From Candidatus Omnitrophica bacterium 4484_213 (lineage in GTDB: Bacteria; Omnitrophota; 4484-213), in the NCBI GenBank assembly GCA_002085025.1, contig MZGK01000021.1:1-43262 (forward strand): a stretch of 43,262 nt of DNA, written 5' to 3'. The position numbers were made by a program, and so were the translations under genes. Below are positions 42,712 to 43,262 of this stretch, piece after piece; within the stretch, counting starts at the first letter, position 1, and each line of letters opens with the position of its first letter. The notes under the pieces were generated by a model. It made no database searches. It had not been told where the DNA came from and saw only the letters and a list, made by a program, of their open reading frames with translations.

Positions 42712-43247
42712 AAATAACTCCATCATCTCTTAATAAACTCCTTGCTAAAAATAATCTTGGATAAATAAAATTGAGCCAGTCGGAGTGATACCTGCCGCTT
42801 GCTTCTGTATTTGTAGTAAGTTTTTGCCCTTCACTGTCAATTTGTCCTGTTTTCTCTAAATAATCCTTTAAGGGTTGTTTAAAATTATCACGATAGAAAA
42901 TCCTTACCCGTGTTATAAGGTGGGTCTATATAAATCATTTTCACTTTGCCAAAATAGGGTTTAAGCAATAATTTCAATGTCTCTAAATTCTCACCGACAA
43001 TGACAATGTTTTCTGTTTTATCAAAATCAACGGATTTTTCTTTGTCGGGTTTCAAAGTGCCATAAGCAGGAGCTTGAATAAGTTCGTAAAGATTGTTTTT
43101 CCCAGCCCAGTTGGAATAAAATCTATCGTCTTCCTTCTCAATAATCTCACCACTTAATAATACCTTTAACTTCTCAAAATTTATTTTATTATCCTCAAAA
43201 ACTTCAGGATAAATTGTCTTTAATCCTTCCTTAATATCTATCTTCAC
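42712..43247 (-). pseudogene. Type III R-M methyltransferase (Mod) N-terminal fragment
   Basis: GENLETLKLL, IYIDPPYNTGKDF; frameshift at ~42897 to YRDNF...GRYHSDWLNFIYPRL..ARSLLRDDGVI, ends at the IS3 end. Confidence 0.85.
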
Positions 43248-43262
43248 CCCGTTAGATAGTGA

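Overview
Bacterial core-genome window in which every supported gene lies on the minus strand. Transcription order, right to left: decayed type III R-M/IS3 remnant; Bat (vWA/TPR) operon with a four-helix-bundle gene; COG2426-like membrane protein, acyP, tRNA-Leu; TPR-peptidase; smpB-ssrA; amidase-murI-queD-REC/GGDEF; Fe-S hydrolyase alpha, tRNA-Thr, beta; rph, pfkA, cvpA, dnaG, rpoD, tRNA-Ile2, rnpB; tRNA nucleotidyltransferase, trpD, Deg protease; rplK-rplA-rplJ-rplL-rpoB-rpoC, joined directly to rpsS-rplV-(insert)-rpsC-rplP-rpmC-rpsQ-rplN-rplX-rplE. The style suggests an uncultured PVC-related lineage such as Omnitrophota (inference only). Two features stand out. (1) Most gene junctions carry inverted arrays of 7-10-mer repeats, or REP/MITE hairpins. 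Some arrays loop out a four-helix-bundle ORF (near-complete at 40.7-41.0 kb, remnant at 16.3 kb) and some repeats sit in frame inside proteins, including RpoC. (2) Many clean deletion junctions interrupt core genes (rpoB, rpoC, pfkA, trpD, amidase, batA), and the rpsL-rplB block is absent. These are most simply explained by assembly gaps or collapses and must be checked against reads.
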